From contig JAFSMU010000010.1 in the NCBI GenBank assembly GCA_017447775.1, forward strand, positions 12,008-76,007: DNA of 64,000 bases, written 5' to 3'. The translations under genes were made by a program, and so were the position numbers. This document shows, in pieces, positions 1-8,905 of the stretch. The notes beneath the pieces are model-generated. The model saw only the letters and a program-made list of their open reading frames with translations, did no database searches and was not told where the DNA came from. Position 1 is the stretch's first letter. Every line of letters starts with the position of its first letter. The stretch is from Clostridia bacterium (GTDB lineage: Bacteria; Bacillota; Clostridia; Oscillospirales; CAG-272).

Positions 1-48
1 GCAAAAGAGAAGATTGAAGCCGCAGGCGGAAAGTGTGAGGTGGTATAA

Positions 49-1386
49 GTGCTTAAAACACTACGCAATGCGTGGGCTGTTCCCGAGATCAGACGGAAAC
101 TGCTGTTTACGCTCTTTATCATCTTAATATACCGTCTTGGTGCTTCGATCCCCGTTCCGTTTATTAACTACGGCGAAGTTCAGAAGGGTATTTTCAGCTT
201 TGTTGAAGAAAGCGGCGGTTCGCTTCTTTCATACTTCAACATCCTGTCGGGTAGTGCATTCGGAAATGCAACGCTGCTTGCTCTGTCGGTATCACCGTAC
301 ATCACGGCATCCATCGTTGTTCAGCTTCTCGGCGTAGCTATCCCGGCTCTTGAAAAGCTTTCCAAGAACGGCGAAGAAGGCAGAAAGAAAATCGAGAAGA
401 TCACTCGTTATCTCACTGTCGCTCTCGCTCTTATCACAGCTTTCGGTTATTACAGACTTCTCCGTCAGACATCCGGAATCTTCTTCTATGACGAAGGGTT
501 TGGCAGAGTATTCTCGGCGATCGTTATCATCGCGTGCTACACAGCCGGCGCTATGCTCGTTATGTGGCTCGGTCAGAAGATCGACGAACAGGGTATCGGC
601 AACGGTATCTCGATCATACTCTTTGCAAACATCGTAGGCGCTTTCCCGAACACGCTTTACACGCTCTTCCAGAACCTGAAAGCAGCGCACACAAGCGGTT
701 CCAAGTCGCTTGCAGTTGTTATCATCTACGGTGTACTCACAGTCCTCATCATCGTCGCATCCGTCGTATTCGTTACGTATATGTCCGATGCTGAGCGCAG
801 AATACCCGTTCAGTATGCTAAACGCGCCGTTGGCAGAAAAATGTACGGCGGTCAGAACTCGAACCTTCCCATTAAGCTGAATATGAACGGCGTTATGCCG
901 ATCATCTTCGCGTCGACACTCGTTTCGCTCCCGACAACGATAATCCTCTTTGCCGGCGGCTCCACGGGCGACGGTTTCTGGGCTAAGGTTTACACGGCAC
1001 TTTCGCCGGCGAGCCTTATCTACGCGCTTGTACTTCTCGTACTCATCATAGCGTTTGCTTACTTCTACACATCGATTTCATTCAATCCCACAGAGGTTGC
1101 CAACAACCTCATGCAGAACGGCGGCTCCGTTCCCGGCATCCGTCCGGGCAAGCCGACAGCGCAGTATATCAAGAAAGTGCTCAACAAGGTCGTACTTATG
1201 GGCGCGTTCTTCCTCAGCGTTGTAGCCGTGATCCCGATCATTCTCAACGTAATTTCCGGCGGACTTCTCAACGTCGTATCGTTCAGCGGTTCAACGTTGC
1301 TTATCGTTGTCGGTGTTACTCTTGAAACGTTCCGTGAGCTTGAAGCTCAGATCACGATGCGTCACTACAAGGGATTCCTTAAATAA
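49..1386 (+). CDS. secY: preprotein translocase subunit SecY
   Basis: 445-aa polytopic membrane ORF with a recognisable SecY sequence. It lies directly upstream of adk-map-infA, as at the end of the spc operon. Confidence 0.95.
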   Translation: MLKTLRNAWAVPEIRRKLLFTLFIILIYRLGASIPVPFINYGEVQKGIFSFVEESGGSLLSYFNILSGSAFGNATLLALSVSPYITASIVVQLLGVAIPALEKLSKNGEEGRKKIEKITRYLTVALALITAFGYYRLLRQTSGIFFYDEGFGRVFSAIVIIACYTAGAMLVMWLGQKIDEQGIGNGISIILFANIVGAFPNTLYTLFQNLKAAHTSGSKSLAVVIIYGVLTVLIIVASVVFVTYMSDAERRIPVQYAKRAVGRKMYGGQNSNLPIKLNMNGVMPIIFASTLVSLPTTIILFAGGSTGDGFWAKVYTALSPASLIYALVLLVLIIAFAYFYTSISFNPTEVANNLMQNGGSVPGIRPGKPTAQYIKKVLNKVVLMGAFFLSVVAVIPIILNVISGGLLNVVSFSGSTLLIVVGVTLETFRELEAQITMRHYKGFLK

Positions 1387-1396
1387 GATTATTCAC

Positions 1397-1425
1397 CTTC
1401 CCGCCGTCGCTATGGCGGCGGGAAG
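1397..1425 (+). promoter_or_regulatory. GC-rich stem-loop between secY and adk, no U-tract
   Basis: cttcccgccg / cggcgggaag form 10-bp perfect arms with a 9-nt loop. The following sequence is agaatgaatttt, so it is not a clean intrinsic terminator. A processing or stability element is possible. Confidence 0.3.
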
Positions 1426-1450
1426 AGAATGAATTTTGAGGAGGTAAAAA

Positions 1451-2092
1451 ATGAAATTAATGTTTCTCGGCGCTCCGGGTGCCGGAAAAGGAACTCAGGC
1501 AGAGAAAATATCGGAAAAATACGCTATTCCGTCGATCTCGACAGGGGCGATCCTCCGTGAAGCTATGGCTTCGGGTTCAAAACTCGGTATGAAAGCGAAA
1601 AGTTATGTCGATGCGGGCGCGCTCGTTCCGGATGAGGTCGTTATAGACATCATAAAGGAAAGACTTACCGCGGATGACTGCAAGGGCGGATTCATCCTTG
1701 ACGGTTTTCCGAGAACTGTCCCGCAGGCGAAAGCGCTTGACGATATGGGGATCGAAATGGACCTTGTCATAAGCATCGAGGTCGAGGACGACGACATCGT
1801 TGAACGCATGGGCGGACGCAGGCTCTGCAAGAGGTGCGGCACGGCTTATCACACAAAATACATCCCGACAAAAGTCGAGGGCGTATGCGATAAGTGCGGC
1901 GGCGAGCTTTACGTCAGAGCGGACGACAAGCCCGAGGTCGTCAAAGGCAGACTTTTGACATACCACAAACAGACCGAACCGTTGAAAGACTTCTATGCTG
2001 AAAAGGGCAAACTCGTGCTTATCCCCGGCAACGGCGCGATAGACGCGATAACAGCCGAGATCTGCAAAGCGATCGACGGTGTCAGAGGCTGA
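1451..2092 (+). CDS. adk: adenylate kinase
   Basis: P-loop GAPGAGKGT at the N-terminus. Zn-lid cysteines CKRCG...CDKCGG. RBS gaggagg upstream. Confidence 0.95.
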   Translation: MKLMFLGAPGAGKGTQAEKISEKYAIPSISTGAILREAMASGSKLGMKAKSYVDAGALVPDEVVIDIIKERLTADDCKGGFILDGFPRTVPQAKALDDMGIEMDLVISIEVEDDDIVERMGGRRLCKRCGTAYHTKYIPTKVEGVCDKCGGELYVRADDKPEVVKGRLLTYHKQTEPLKDFYAEKGKLVLIPGNGAIDAITAEICKAIDGVRG

Positions 2093-2094
2093 AA

Positions 2095-2847
2095 ATGATA
2101 CAGATTAAAAACAACGAACAATTGGCTTTGATGAAAAGAGCCGGAAGAATTACCGGAGAGGCGATCCTTGTCGGTCGTGAACATATAAGAGAGGGAGCCA
2201 GCACAAAAGAAATTGACACGGCTATCCACGATTATATAGTCAAATGCGGGGCAAGACCTTCATTCCTCGGTTACGGCGGTTTCCCCGGCAGTGCTTGCGT
2301 CAGCGTGAACGAAGAGATCATTCACGGTATTCCGAGCAAAGATAAAATACTTCACGAAGGCGACATTGTCAAGATAGACGTCGGCGCTTATATCGGCGGC
2401 TTCCACGGCGACAGTGCAAACACCTTCGGCGTCGGTAAAATATCGCCGGAAGCGCAGGCTCTCATCGATGCAACGCGCGAATCATTTTTCCGCGGCGTTG
2501 AATTTGCAAGACATGGCAACCGTATCGGCGATATCGGCCACGCAGTCAGCGAATATGCCGAAGCGCGCGGTTACGGAGTTGTCCGGCAGTACGTCGGGCA
2601 CGGCGTAGGTCACGAACTCCACGAGGATCCGGAAGTGCCGAACTACGGCACGGCGGGGCGTGGGCAGCGGCTGTATAAGGGAATGACCATCGCAATCGAA
2701 CCTATGATAAACATGGGTACCCCAAACGTGAGAGTGCTCCGCGATAACTGGACGGTCGTCACGGCCGACGGATCACTTTCGGCGCATTATGAGCACACCG
2801 TTGCTATCACGGACGGCGAGCCTATACTGTTTACCAAGGTGGAATAA
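2095..2847 (+). CDS. map: type I methionine aminopeptidase
   Basis: 250-aa ORF with MetAP metal-ligand context (DIVKIDVGA, GHGVGHELHEDP, IEPM). Conserved adk-map-infA order. Confidence 0.93.
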   Translation: MIQIKNNEQLALMKRAGRITGEAILVGREHIREGASTKEIDTAIHDYIVKCGARPSFLGYGGFPGSACVSVNEEIIHGIPSKDKILHEGDIVKIDVGAYIGGFHGDSANTFGVGKISPEAQALIDATRESFFRGVEFARHGNRIGDIGHAVSEYAEARGYGVVRQYVGHGVGHELHEDPEVPNYGTAGRGQRLYKGMTIAIEPMINMGTPNVRVLRDNWTVVTADGSLSAHYEHTVAITDGEPILFTKVE

Positions 2848-3159
2848 ATGTCAAAAAAGAAAGTTACCCGTACCAATGATCCGCAAATATGCGAGATGAC
2901 GGGCGATATATGCGTATCTCTATCGGGACGCGACGCGGGCAGTGCGCTTGTGGTTATCGGCAGATCCGAAAACGGATACGTGTACGTCGCAGACGGGAAA
3001 GCGCGCAAGATCAGCGCACCGAAACTCAAAAATTCAAAACACATAAGCGTTTTTGCTCATCTTGACGGCGCTACCGAAGAACAACTCAGATCAGGACGCG
3101 CAAGCGACGCGATGCTGAGAAAAGCGATCAGCGCGGCAGTCAATGAAAAATTATGCTAA
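2848..3159 (+). CDS. KOW-domain RNA-binding protein (small conserved protein between map and infA)
   Basis: 103-aa ORF starting right after the map stop. The VVIGRSENGYVYVADGK segment looks KOW-like. The exact start is uncertain. Confidence 0.6.
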   Translation: MSKKKVTRTNDPQICEMTGDICVSLSGRDAGSALVVIGRSENGYVYVADGKARKISAPKLKNSKHISVFAHLDGATEEQLRSGRASDAMLRKAISAAVNEKLC

Positions 3160-3185
3160 ACAAATTATTTTGAGGAGAATCATCA

Positions 3186-3410
3186 ATGCCGAAAGACGAT
3201 GTTATAGAATTTGAAGGCACGGTTGTTGAGACAATGCCCAACGCCACCTTCAAAGTAAAGCTTCCCAACGGTCACATCGTAACCGCTCAGATTTCTGGGA
3301 AGCTTCGCATGAACTTCATTAAAATAGTTCCCGGCGACAAAGTCACCGTTGAGGTCTCGATATACGATCTTAGCAAAGGCCGTATAACGTGGCGCCTTGC
3401 CGGCGAATGA
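3186..3410 (+). CDS. infA: translation initiation factor IF-1
   Basis: 74-aa S1-like protein, [26 protein letters not shown]..., a typical IF-1 sequence. Confidence 0.95.
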   Translation: MPKDDVIEFEGTVVETMPNATFKVKLPNGHIVTAQISGKLRMNFIKIVPGDKVTVEVSIYDLSKGRITWRLAGE

Positions 3411-3454
3411 TCGGGAAAAACAAACTAAACTTATGAAAGGAACGGTGTAAAAAC

Positions 3455-3568
3455 ATGAAAGTTAAACCTTCCGTAAAAAAGATTTGCGATAAATGCAAAA
3501 TAATCAAAAGAAAAGGCCATGTAATGGTTATTTGCGAAAATCCGAAGCATAAACAGAGACAGGGCTAA
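3455..3568 (+). CDS. rpmJ: 50S ribosomal protein L36
   Basis: Below the ORF-track length cutoff. A 37-codon [40 protein letters not shown], has the C-x2-C...C-x4-H zinc ribbon. It sits between infA and rpsM. Confidence 0.93.
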   Translation: MKVKPSVKKICDKCKIIKRKGHVMVICENPKHKQRQG

Positions 3569-3594
3569 AACACAAAGGGAGGTGTATTTACAGA

Positions 3595-3963
3595 ATGGCT
3601 CGTATAGCTGGTGTAGAAATTCCTAATCAGAAAAGAGTAGAGATCGGTCTTACGTACATTTACGGTATCGGCCGCTCCACATCAAATCAAATTCTCGCAA
3701 AAACGGGTATCGATCCCGATACGCGCTGCAAAGATCTTACCGAGGACGACGTTTCCAAGCTCCGTGATGAGATAGAAAACTTCCACAAGGTTGAGGGTGA
3801 CCTCCGCCGTGACGTTGCTCTTGACATCAAGAGAATGGTTGAGATCGGTTGCTATCGCGGTGTCCGCCACAGAAAAGGACTTCCGGTACGCGGTCAGAGA
3901 ACAAAGACGAACGCGAGAACGAGAAAAGGTCCCGCGAAGACAATCGCCAATAAGAAGAAATAA
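3595..3963 (+). CDS. rpsM: 30S ribosomal protein S13
   Basis: [26 protein letters not shown]... is canonical S13. Confidence 0.96.
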   Translation: MARIAGVEIPNQKRVEIGLTYIYGIGRSTSNQILAKTGIDPDTRCKDLTEDDVSKLRDEIENFHKVEGDLRRDVALDIKRMVEIGCYRGVRHRKGLPVRGQRTKTNARTRKGPAKTIANKKK

Positions 3964-3981
3964 TTAAGGAGTGACAGAAAT

Positions 3982-4380
3982 ATGGCTAAAACAGCTACGA
4001 AAAAAGTAGTCAGAAAGCGCCGTGAGCGCAAGAACGTCGAATTCGGCGCAGCTCACATCCGCGCGACATATAACAACACGATCGTCACTATCACAGACAC
4101 AGACGGTAACGCAGTATCGTGGGCATCCGCCGGCGAACTCGGCTTCCGCGGCTCAAGAAAATCTACGGCGTTTGCCGCACAGATGGCTGCAGAGGCTGCT
4201 GCGAAGATCGCTGTCGACAACGGTATGAAAAAGGTCGAAGTATATGTCAAAGGCCCCGGTCAGGGCAGAGAGTCCGCAATTCGTGCGCTCCAGACGCAGG
4301 GACTCGAAATAACACTTATCCGCGACGTTACCCCCGTTGCGCATAACGGATGCCGTCCTCCGAAGAGAAGACGTGTTTGA
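3982..4380 (+). CDS. rpsK: 30S ribosomal protein S11
   Basis: 132-aa ORF with the canonical S11 core ([16 protein letters not shown]...GFRGSRKST). Confidence 0.96.
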   Translation: MAKTATKKVVRKRRERKNVEFGAAHIRATYNNTIVTITDTDGNAVSWASAGELGFRGSRKSTAFAAQMAAEAAAKIAVDNGMKKVEVYVKGPGQGRESAIRALQTQGLEITLIRDVTPVAHNGCRPPKRRRV

Positions 4381-4401
4381 TTATTAAGGAGGTATATCAG
4401 A

Positions 4402-4998
4402 ATGGCAGTTAACAGAGATCCAATCCTTAAGAGATGCAGATATCTCGGCATCAGCCCGACAGTTGTCGGCGTTGACAAGAGCTCTAACCGTAACCCCGGT
4501 GCTAACGTAAGAAGAAAAGTATCCGAGTACGGCCTTCAGCTCAAAGAAAAACAGAAACTTAAATTCATCTACGGCGTTCTTGAAAAGCAGTTCTATCATT
4601 ACTATGAGCTGGCAACGAAGATGGAAGGCAGCGCGGGCGACAATATCATAACGCTTCTTGAATCCAGACTTGACAACGTAGTATACAGAATGGGCTTTGC
4701 TTTGACAAGAAGAGAAGCAAGACAGCTCGTAAATCACGGACATTTCCTTGTAAACGGCAAGAAAGTTGACATTCCGTCTTACAGAATCAAAGCCGGCGAC
4801 GTTATCACGCTCAAAGAGAAGAGCAGAACAAACGTCAAATTCAAAGAAAATCTCGAGATCACAGCTTCGTATGTAGTACCGAGTTGGCTTGACGTAGACA
4901 GAGAAAACTTCAAAGCAACGGTTTCTCGTATGCCCCTGGCAGAAGACCTTGACTACGAAGTTGAGTCTCACCTTATCGTCGAGTTGTACTCCAAATAA
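4402..4998 (+). CDS. rpsD: 30S ribosomal protein S4
   Basis: 198-aa ORF with an S4 N-terminal domain and S4 RNA-binding domain (RLDNVVYRMGFA.TRREARQLV.HGH). Confidence 0.95.
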   Translation: MAVNRDPILKRCRYLGISPTVVGVDKSSNRNPGANVRRKVSEYGLQLKEKQKLKFIYGVLEKQFYHYYELATKMEGSAGDNIITLLESRLDNVVYRMGFALTRREARQLVNHGHFLVNGKKVDIPSYRIKAGDVITLKEKSRTNVKFKENLEITASYVVPSWLDVDRENFKATVSRMPLAEDLDYEVESHLIVELYSK

Positions 4999-5096
4999 TT
5001 GCCCCCAGAGCGATGCGCCGAATTGCATTTGCTTTGTTCTCGGCGTCATCTTATCCTGCAGAAAATGCGTAAAATTATTATAGGAGGGTTAATTCG

Positions 5097-6062
5097 ATGA
5101 TAGAAATAGAAAAGCCGAACATTTCGGCTGCAGATCTTAGCGAAGACGGAAAACACGGTATGTTTGTCGTAGAGCCGCTTGAAAGAGGCTACGGTATAAC
5201 ACTCGGCAACTCGCTTCGTCGCGTACTGCTCAGCTCTCTTCCGGGAGTTGCGGTTGTATGTATCAAGATAAGCGGCGGCGGCAAGGATGTCCTTCACGAG
5301 ATCTCAACGGTTCCCGGCGTAAAGGAAGACGTTACTGAGATAGTTCTGAACGTTAAAGGCATAACGGCTAAAATGTTCAACAATTCTCCCAAAACGGTTT
5401 CTATCGACGTTACGGGCGCTTGTGAGGTAACGGCCGGCGATATCGCAACCGATGACGAACTCCGTATTTTGAATCCCGAACATCACATAGCTACAGTCAG
5501 CGAAGGCGTAAGATTCCACATGGATCTGACTTTCGATCAGGGACGCGGCTATGTATCGCAGGAAAAAAACAAACAAACCTATTCAAGCGGTCAAGTTGGC
5601 GTGATATATGTTGACTCTATCTTCACGCCGGTCTATAACGTAAGCTACAAGGTAGACAATACCCGCGTTGGCAACATTACAGACTATGACAAGCTTACTC
5701 TTGATGTACTTACAAACGGCACGATAGACGCCAAAGAGGCAGTGTCGCTTGCAGCCAAGATACTCAACGAGCATCTCAACCTGTTTGTCGAGCTTTCGGA
5801 CGAGGCAAAGAGGGCAGAGATAATGGTTGAACGTGAAGAAACCAAGAAAGAAAAAGTCCTTGAGATGACCATTGAGGAACTTGACATGTCGGTTCGCAGC
5901 ACAAACAGCCTCAGACGTTCCGGCATAAACACGGTCGAAGAGCTCATTACGAAATCAGAAGAGGATATGATGAAGATAAGAAATCTCGGCAAGAAATCTC
6001 TTGAAGAGATCACGCAGAAGCTTCACTCCCTCGGACTTATGTTCCGTAATGATGAAGACTGA
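5097..6062 (+). CDS. rpoA: DNA-directed RNA polymerase subunit alpha
   Basis: 321-aa ORF with the alpha NTD ([15 protein letters not shown]) and CTD ([23 protein letters not shown]). Confidence 0.96.
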   Translation: MIEIEKPNISAADLSEDGKHGMFVVEPLERGYGITLGNSLRRVLLSSLPGVAVVCIKISGGGKDVLHEISTVPGVKEDVTEIVLNVKGITAKMFNNSPKTVSIDVTGACEVTAGDIATDDELRILNPEHHIATVSEGVRFHMDLTFDQGRGYVSQEKNKQTYSSGQVGVIYVDSIFTPVYNVSYKVDNTRVGNITDYDKLTLDVLTNGTIDAKEAVSLAAKILNEHLNLFVELSDEAKRAEIMVEREETKKEKVLEMTIEELDMSVRSTNSLRRSGINTVEELITKSEEDMMKIRNLGKKSLEEITQKLHSLGLMFRNDED

Positions 6063-6122
6063 TCAAGTAAAGTTTCAAACAGTTGAATAGAACATCAAAT
6101 TCAGGTAAAGGAGGATACTGAA

Positions 6123-6464
6123 ATGCCCGGAACCAGAAAACTCGGCAGACCTACTGCCCACAGAAAAGCTATGCTCAGAGGAATGGTAACGTTCCTTCTT
6201 GAAAACGGCACAATGGAAACAACACTTACAAGAGCAAAGGAAGTCAGAAGCCTTACGGAAAAGATGATAACCCTCGGCAAGAAGAATACACTTGCTTCGC
6301 GCCGTGCAGCTCTTGCGTTTATAACGAAAGAAGACGTCGTTAAGAAACTCTTTGACGAGATCGCACCGAAATATGCGGACCGCAACGGTGGCTACACAGC
6401 CATCTACAAGCTCGGTCCCCGTCGCGGTGACGGCGCCGAAACGGCAGTAATCAAGCTCATCTGA
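6123..6464 (+). CDS. rplQ: 50S ribosomal protein L17
   Basis: 113-aa [19 protein letters not shown]..., canonical L17 at the end of the alpha operon. Confidence 0.95.
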   Translation: MPGTRKLGRPTAHRKAMLRGMVTFLLENGTMETTLTRAKEVRSLTEKMITLGKKNTLASRRAALAFITKEDVVKKLFDEIAPKYADRNGGYTAIYKLGPRRGDGAETAVIKLI

Positions 6465-6473
6465 GTTTAATTG

Positions 6474-6508
6474 AAAAAGCCTCCGCAATAGCGGGGGCTT
6501 TTCGTTTT
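6474..6508. terminator. bidirectional intrinsic terminator (rplQ on +, spoVM-like ORF on -)
   Basis: Stem gcctccgc/gcgggggc (one G-U pair) with loop aata. It is flanked by an A-run upstream and ttttcgtttt downstream. Confidence 0.7.
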
Positions 6509-6593
6509 ATGCCTTCTTTTTCTTTCTTGACTTTGCCAAAAGTCTGAACATCGGAAGAAATATCTTCGGCGGTTTTATAACTATGATCTTCAT
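6507..6593 (-). CDS. spoVM: SpoVM-like 28-aa sporulation peptide (unlisted micro-ORF)
   Basis: The reverse strand reads AGGAG-6 nt-ATG, then MKIIVIKPPKIFLPMFRLLAKSRKKKKA, then TAA. A gap-free match to B. subtilis SpoVM (MKFYTIKLPKFLGGIVRAMLGSFRKD) holds at M1 K2 I6 K7 P9 K10 R17. Confidence 0.6.
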   Translation of the reverse strand: MKIIVIKPPKIFLPMFRLLAKSRKKKKA

Positions 6594-6691
6594 ATTCATC
6601 TCCTGAATGATTATTTTTCGTTATCAGTATATGCAAAAGACAAAAAAATGTGAAAATAAGTGTAAAAATTTCAAAAAAATCGAAAAAACTA

Positions 6692-6720
6692 TTGCAATTG
6701 TTGAAAAAATCTGATATTAT
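6692..6720 (+). promoter_or_regulatory. sigma-A type promoter of the rimP-nusA-infB operon
   Basis: TTGCAA (6692-6697), a 17-nt spacer, then TATTAT (6715-6720). Confidence 0.5.
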
Positions 6721-6743
6721 GTAAACAGAAAACATTGACTACC

Positions 6744-6776
6744 TTGAGAGTGGGCTTAGCCCACTCTCAATTTTAT
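6744..6776 (+). terminator. leader hairpin with U-tract upstream of rimP (attenuator candidate)
   Basis: ttgagagtgggc-tta-gcccactctcaa is a perfect 12-bp stem followed by ttttat. It lies between the predicted promoter and the rimP RBS. Confidence 0.55.
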
Positions 6777-6792
6777 GAGAAAAGGAGATTTT

Positions 6793-7257
6793 ATGGCAAA
6801 GAATATCGGCATAGCGTCAATGGCTGAAAAAGACATTTTACCGAAGGTCGAATCGCTCGGCTATAAGCTCTGGGACGTAGAGTACGTCCGCGAGGGAGCG
6901 GAGATGTATCTGCGCGTGACGATAGACAGCGAAAACGGCATAGGCCTTAACGACTGCGAGCGTGTGCATCGTGATATCCTCCCGATACTTGACAAATACG
7001 AGTGGGATCATCTCGAAGTGTCGTCCCCGGGGGCTGAAAGAACGCTTAAAACAAAGGCGCATTTTTCATCTGTCGTCGGCGAGCGCGTTGAAATACGTCT
7101 GTTCGCGCCTGATGAAAACGGCAAAAAGTCATATACCGGTACGCTTGTTTCTTGTGACGAAGAAAGCGTTACGGTAAACTCCGACGGAAAAGAAACGGCA
7201 ATACCGCTTTCATCGATCGGAAAAGCAAAAACAGTATGCGATTTTGAAAATATATAA
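6793..7257 (+). CDS. rimP: ribosome maturation factor RimP
   Basis: Located upstream of nusA, with a RimP-like N-terminus (LGYKLWDVEYVREG...YLRV.ID). The start is moved to ATG 6793 behind the RBS aaaggaga. The track start at 6775 lies inside the leader terminator U-tract. Confidence 0.85.
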   Translation: MAKNIGIASMAEKDILPKVESLGYKLWDVEYVREGAEMYLRVTIDSENGIGLNDCERVHRDILPILDKYEWDHLEVSSPGAERTLKTKAHFSSVVGERVEIRLFAPDENGKKSYTGTLVSCDEESVTVNSDGKETAIPLSSIGKAKTVCDFENI

Positions 7258-7274
7258 ATGAAAGGCTAAAAAAG

Positions 7275-8300
7275 ATGAATAACGAATTTTTTACAGCGCT
7301 TGACCTTCTTGAAAAAGAGAGAGGAATCCCAAAAGAGTATATGCTTGAACGCGTAGAAGCGGCGCTTCTCAGCGCGTACAGAAGGGATAGCGGCGGTTTT
7401 GAAAATGTCCGCATATCAATTGATCCCGAAAAGAAAGACGTTAAGATGTTCAAACAGCTGAACGTTGTTGCGGAAGTTACCGATCCTTCGACCGAGATAA
7501 CGGTCGAGGACGCAAAAAAGGTCAGCCGCAGATATAAACTCGGCGACGTGTGCGAGATCGAGATGAAGACGAAGAACTTCGGCAGACTCAGCGCTCAGAG
7601 CGCAAAGCAGGTCATCATTCAGGGCATACGCGAAGCGGAGCATACAATGATGGTGCGCGATTATGAAAGCAAGAAAGAAGAAGTCATCACGGCGACTGTC
7701 ACAAGAGTTGATCCGATGAACGGCAACGCGATCGTCGATACGGGCACAAGCGAAGCGGTACTTCTCAAAAGCGAGCAGATACCCGGCGAGGTTTACAGCG
7801 TCGGCGACCACATAAAAGTGTTCGTTATGGAAGTGAGCAGCGAATCGAGAGGCCCGATAGTTACGCTTTCGCGCTCTCATTTCGGGCTTGTAAAGCGTCT
7901 TTTCGAGCTTGAAGTTCCGGAAATACAGGACGGCACCATCGTGATACGCGGCATCGCACGCGAACCGGGATCGAGAACGAAGATAGCCGTGTTCAGCAGA
8001 GATGAAAACGTTGACGCTGTCGGCTCGTGCATCGGCCCGAAGCGCGGACGCATTTCAGACATCGTTGACGAGCTGAACGGCGAGAAGATCGACGTCGTCC
8101 CGTTCAGCGAGGTTCCCGAGGAGTTTGTCGCGGCGGCGCTTAAACCCGCAACCGTTGAAAGCGTTACGTTTGAAAGCGAGCGCTCCTGCAAGGTCATCGT
8201 CGCGCCCGAACAGCTCTCTCTTGCAATCGGCAAAGAGGGACAAAACGTTCGTCTTGCGGCACGTCTTACGGGGTATAAGATAGATATCAAGACGGTGTGA
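7275..8300 (+). CDS. nusA: transcription termination/antitermination factor NusA
   Basis: 341-aa ORF with N-terminal, S1 and two KH domains (LAIGKEGQNVRLAARLTGYKIDI). There are no C-terminal acidic repeats, as is usual in Firmicutes. Confidence 0.95.
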   Translation: MNNEFFTALDLLEKERGIPKEYMLERVEAALLSAYRRDSGGFENVRISIDPEKKDVKMFKQLNVVAEVTDPSTEITVEDAKKVSRRYKLGDVCEIEMKTKNFGRLSAQSAKQVIIQGIREAEHTMMVRDYESKKEEVITATVTRVDPMNGNAIVDTGTSEAVLLKSEQIPGEVYSVGDHIKVFVMEVSSESRGPIVTLSRSHFGLVKRLFELEVPEIQDGTIVIRGIAREPGSRTKIAVFSRDENVDAVGSCIGPKRGRISDIVDELNGEKIDVVPFSEVPEEFVAAALKPATVESVTFESERSCKVIVAPEQLSLAIGKEGQNVRLAARLTGYKIDIKTV

Positions 8301-8301
8301 T

Positions 8302-8574
8302 ATGGCAGTACAGAAAAAGATACCCGAAAGAAGATGCGTCGGATGCTCGGAAAAGAAACCGAAGCGCGAGCTTATAAGGGTCGTGCGCTTGCCTGACGGA
8401 AACACGGTGGAGCTTGACGCCACCGGTAAAAAATCGGGCAGGGGAGCTTATATTTGCCCCTCAAAAGCATGCCTTAAACGCGCGCGCAAAAGACTGGAAG
8501 CAAATCTTGAATGTCCGATACCCGACGAAGTATTTGAAAAACTTGAGGAAGAAATAGAAAAAATAAATGGATAA
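8302..8574 (+). CDS. ylxR: YlxR/DUF448 RNA-binding protein
   Basis: 90-aa ORF with the motif RRCVGC....K.ELIRVV...GRGAYIC. Conserved position after nusA. Confidence 0.9.
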   Translation: MAVQKKIPERRCVGCSEKKPKRELIRVVRLPDGNTVELDATGKKSGRGAYICPSKACLKRARKRLEANLECPIPDEVFEKLEEEIEKING

Positions 8575-8884
8575 TGCACAAAAAAAGTCATTGCTTTTCC
8601 GAATCGGCCTCGGCAGAAAATCGGGAAAGCTGATATGCGGCACCGACGCCGTTTGCGACGGCATAAGGGACGGGAACGTTATAGTTGCGATTTGCGCGGC
8701 TGACGCTTCCGATAATTCAAAAAAGCGAATAAACAACTGCGCTGCATATTATAATAAAGAGTTGATACTTCTTGACGGCATTACAACGGATGAGCTTGGC
8801 ACGGCGATAGGGAAAGGCTCCGTCGCATGCGTCGGCGTTACCGATGAAAATATTGTCAAACTGATAAAGGGTTACAAAAAATAA
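8567..8884 (+). CDS. L7Ae/L30e-family RNA-binding protein (YlxQ-like)
   Basis: 105-aa ORF overlapping the ylxR end, in the conserved position before infB. It has an L7Ae-like GK...G...V segment. Confidence 0.8.
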   Translation: MDNAQKKSLLFRIGLGRKSGKLICGTDAVCDGIRDGNVIVAICAADASDNSKKRINNCAAYYNKELILLDGITTDELGTAIGKGSVACVGVTDENIVKLIKGYKK

Positions 8885-8905
8885 GTGCGGAAGGACGGTA
8901 ACATA

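Noticed and set aside
6457-6735. 92-aa minus-strand ORF spanning the rplQ-rimP intergenic region.
   Set aside because: It covers the rplQ terminator and the rimP promoter, has no RBS and has a Phe/Asn-rich AT-driven sequence. The 28-codon SpoVM-like ORF in another frame explains the coding signal better.
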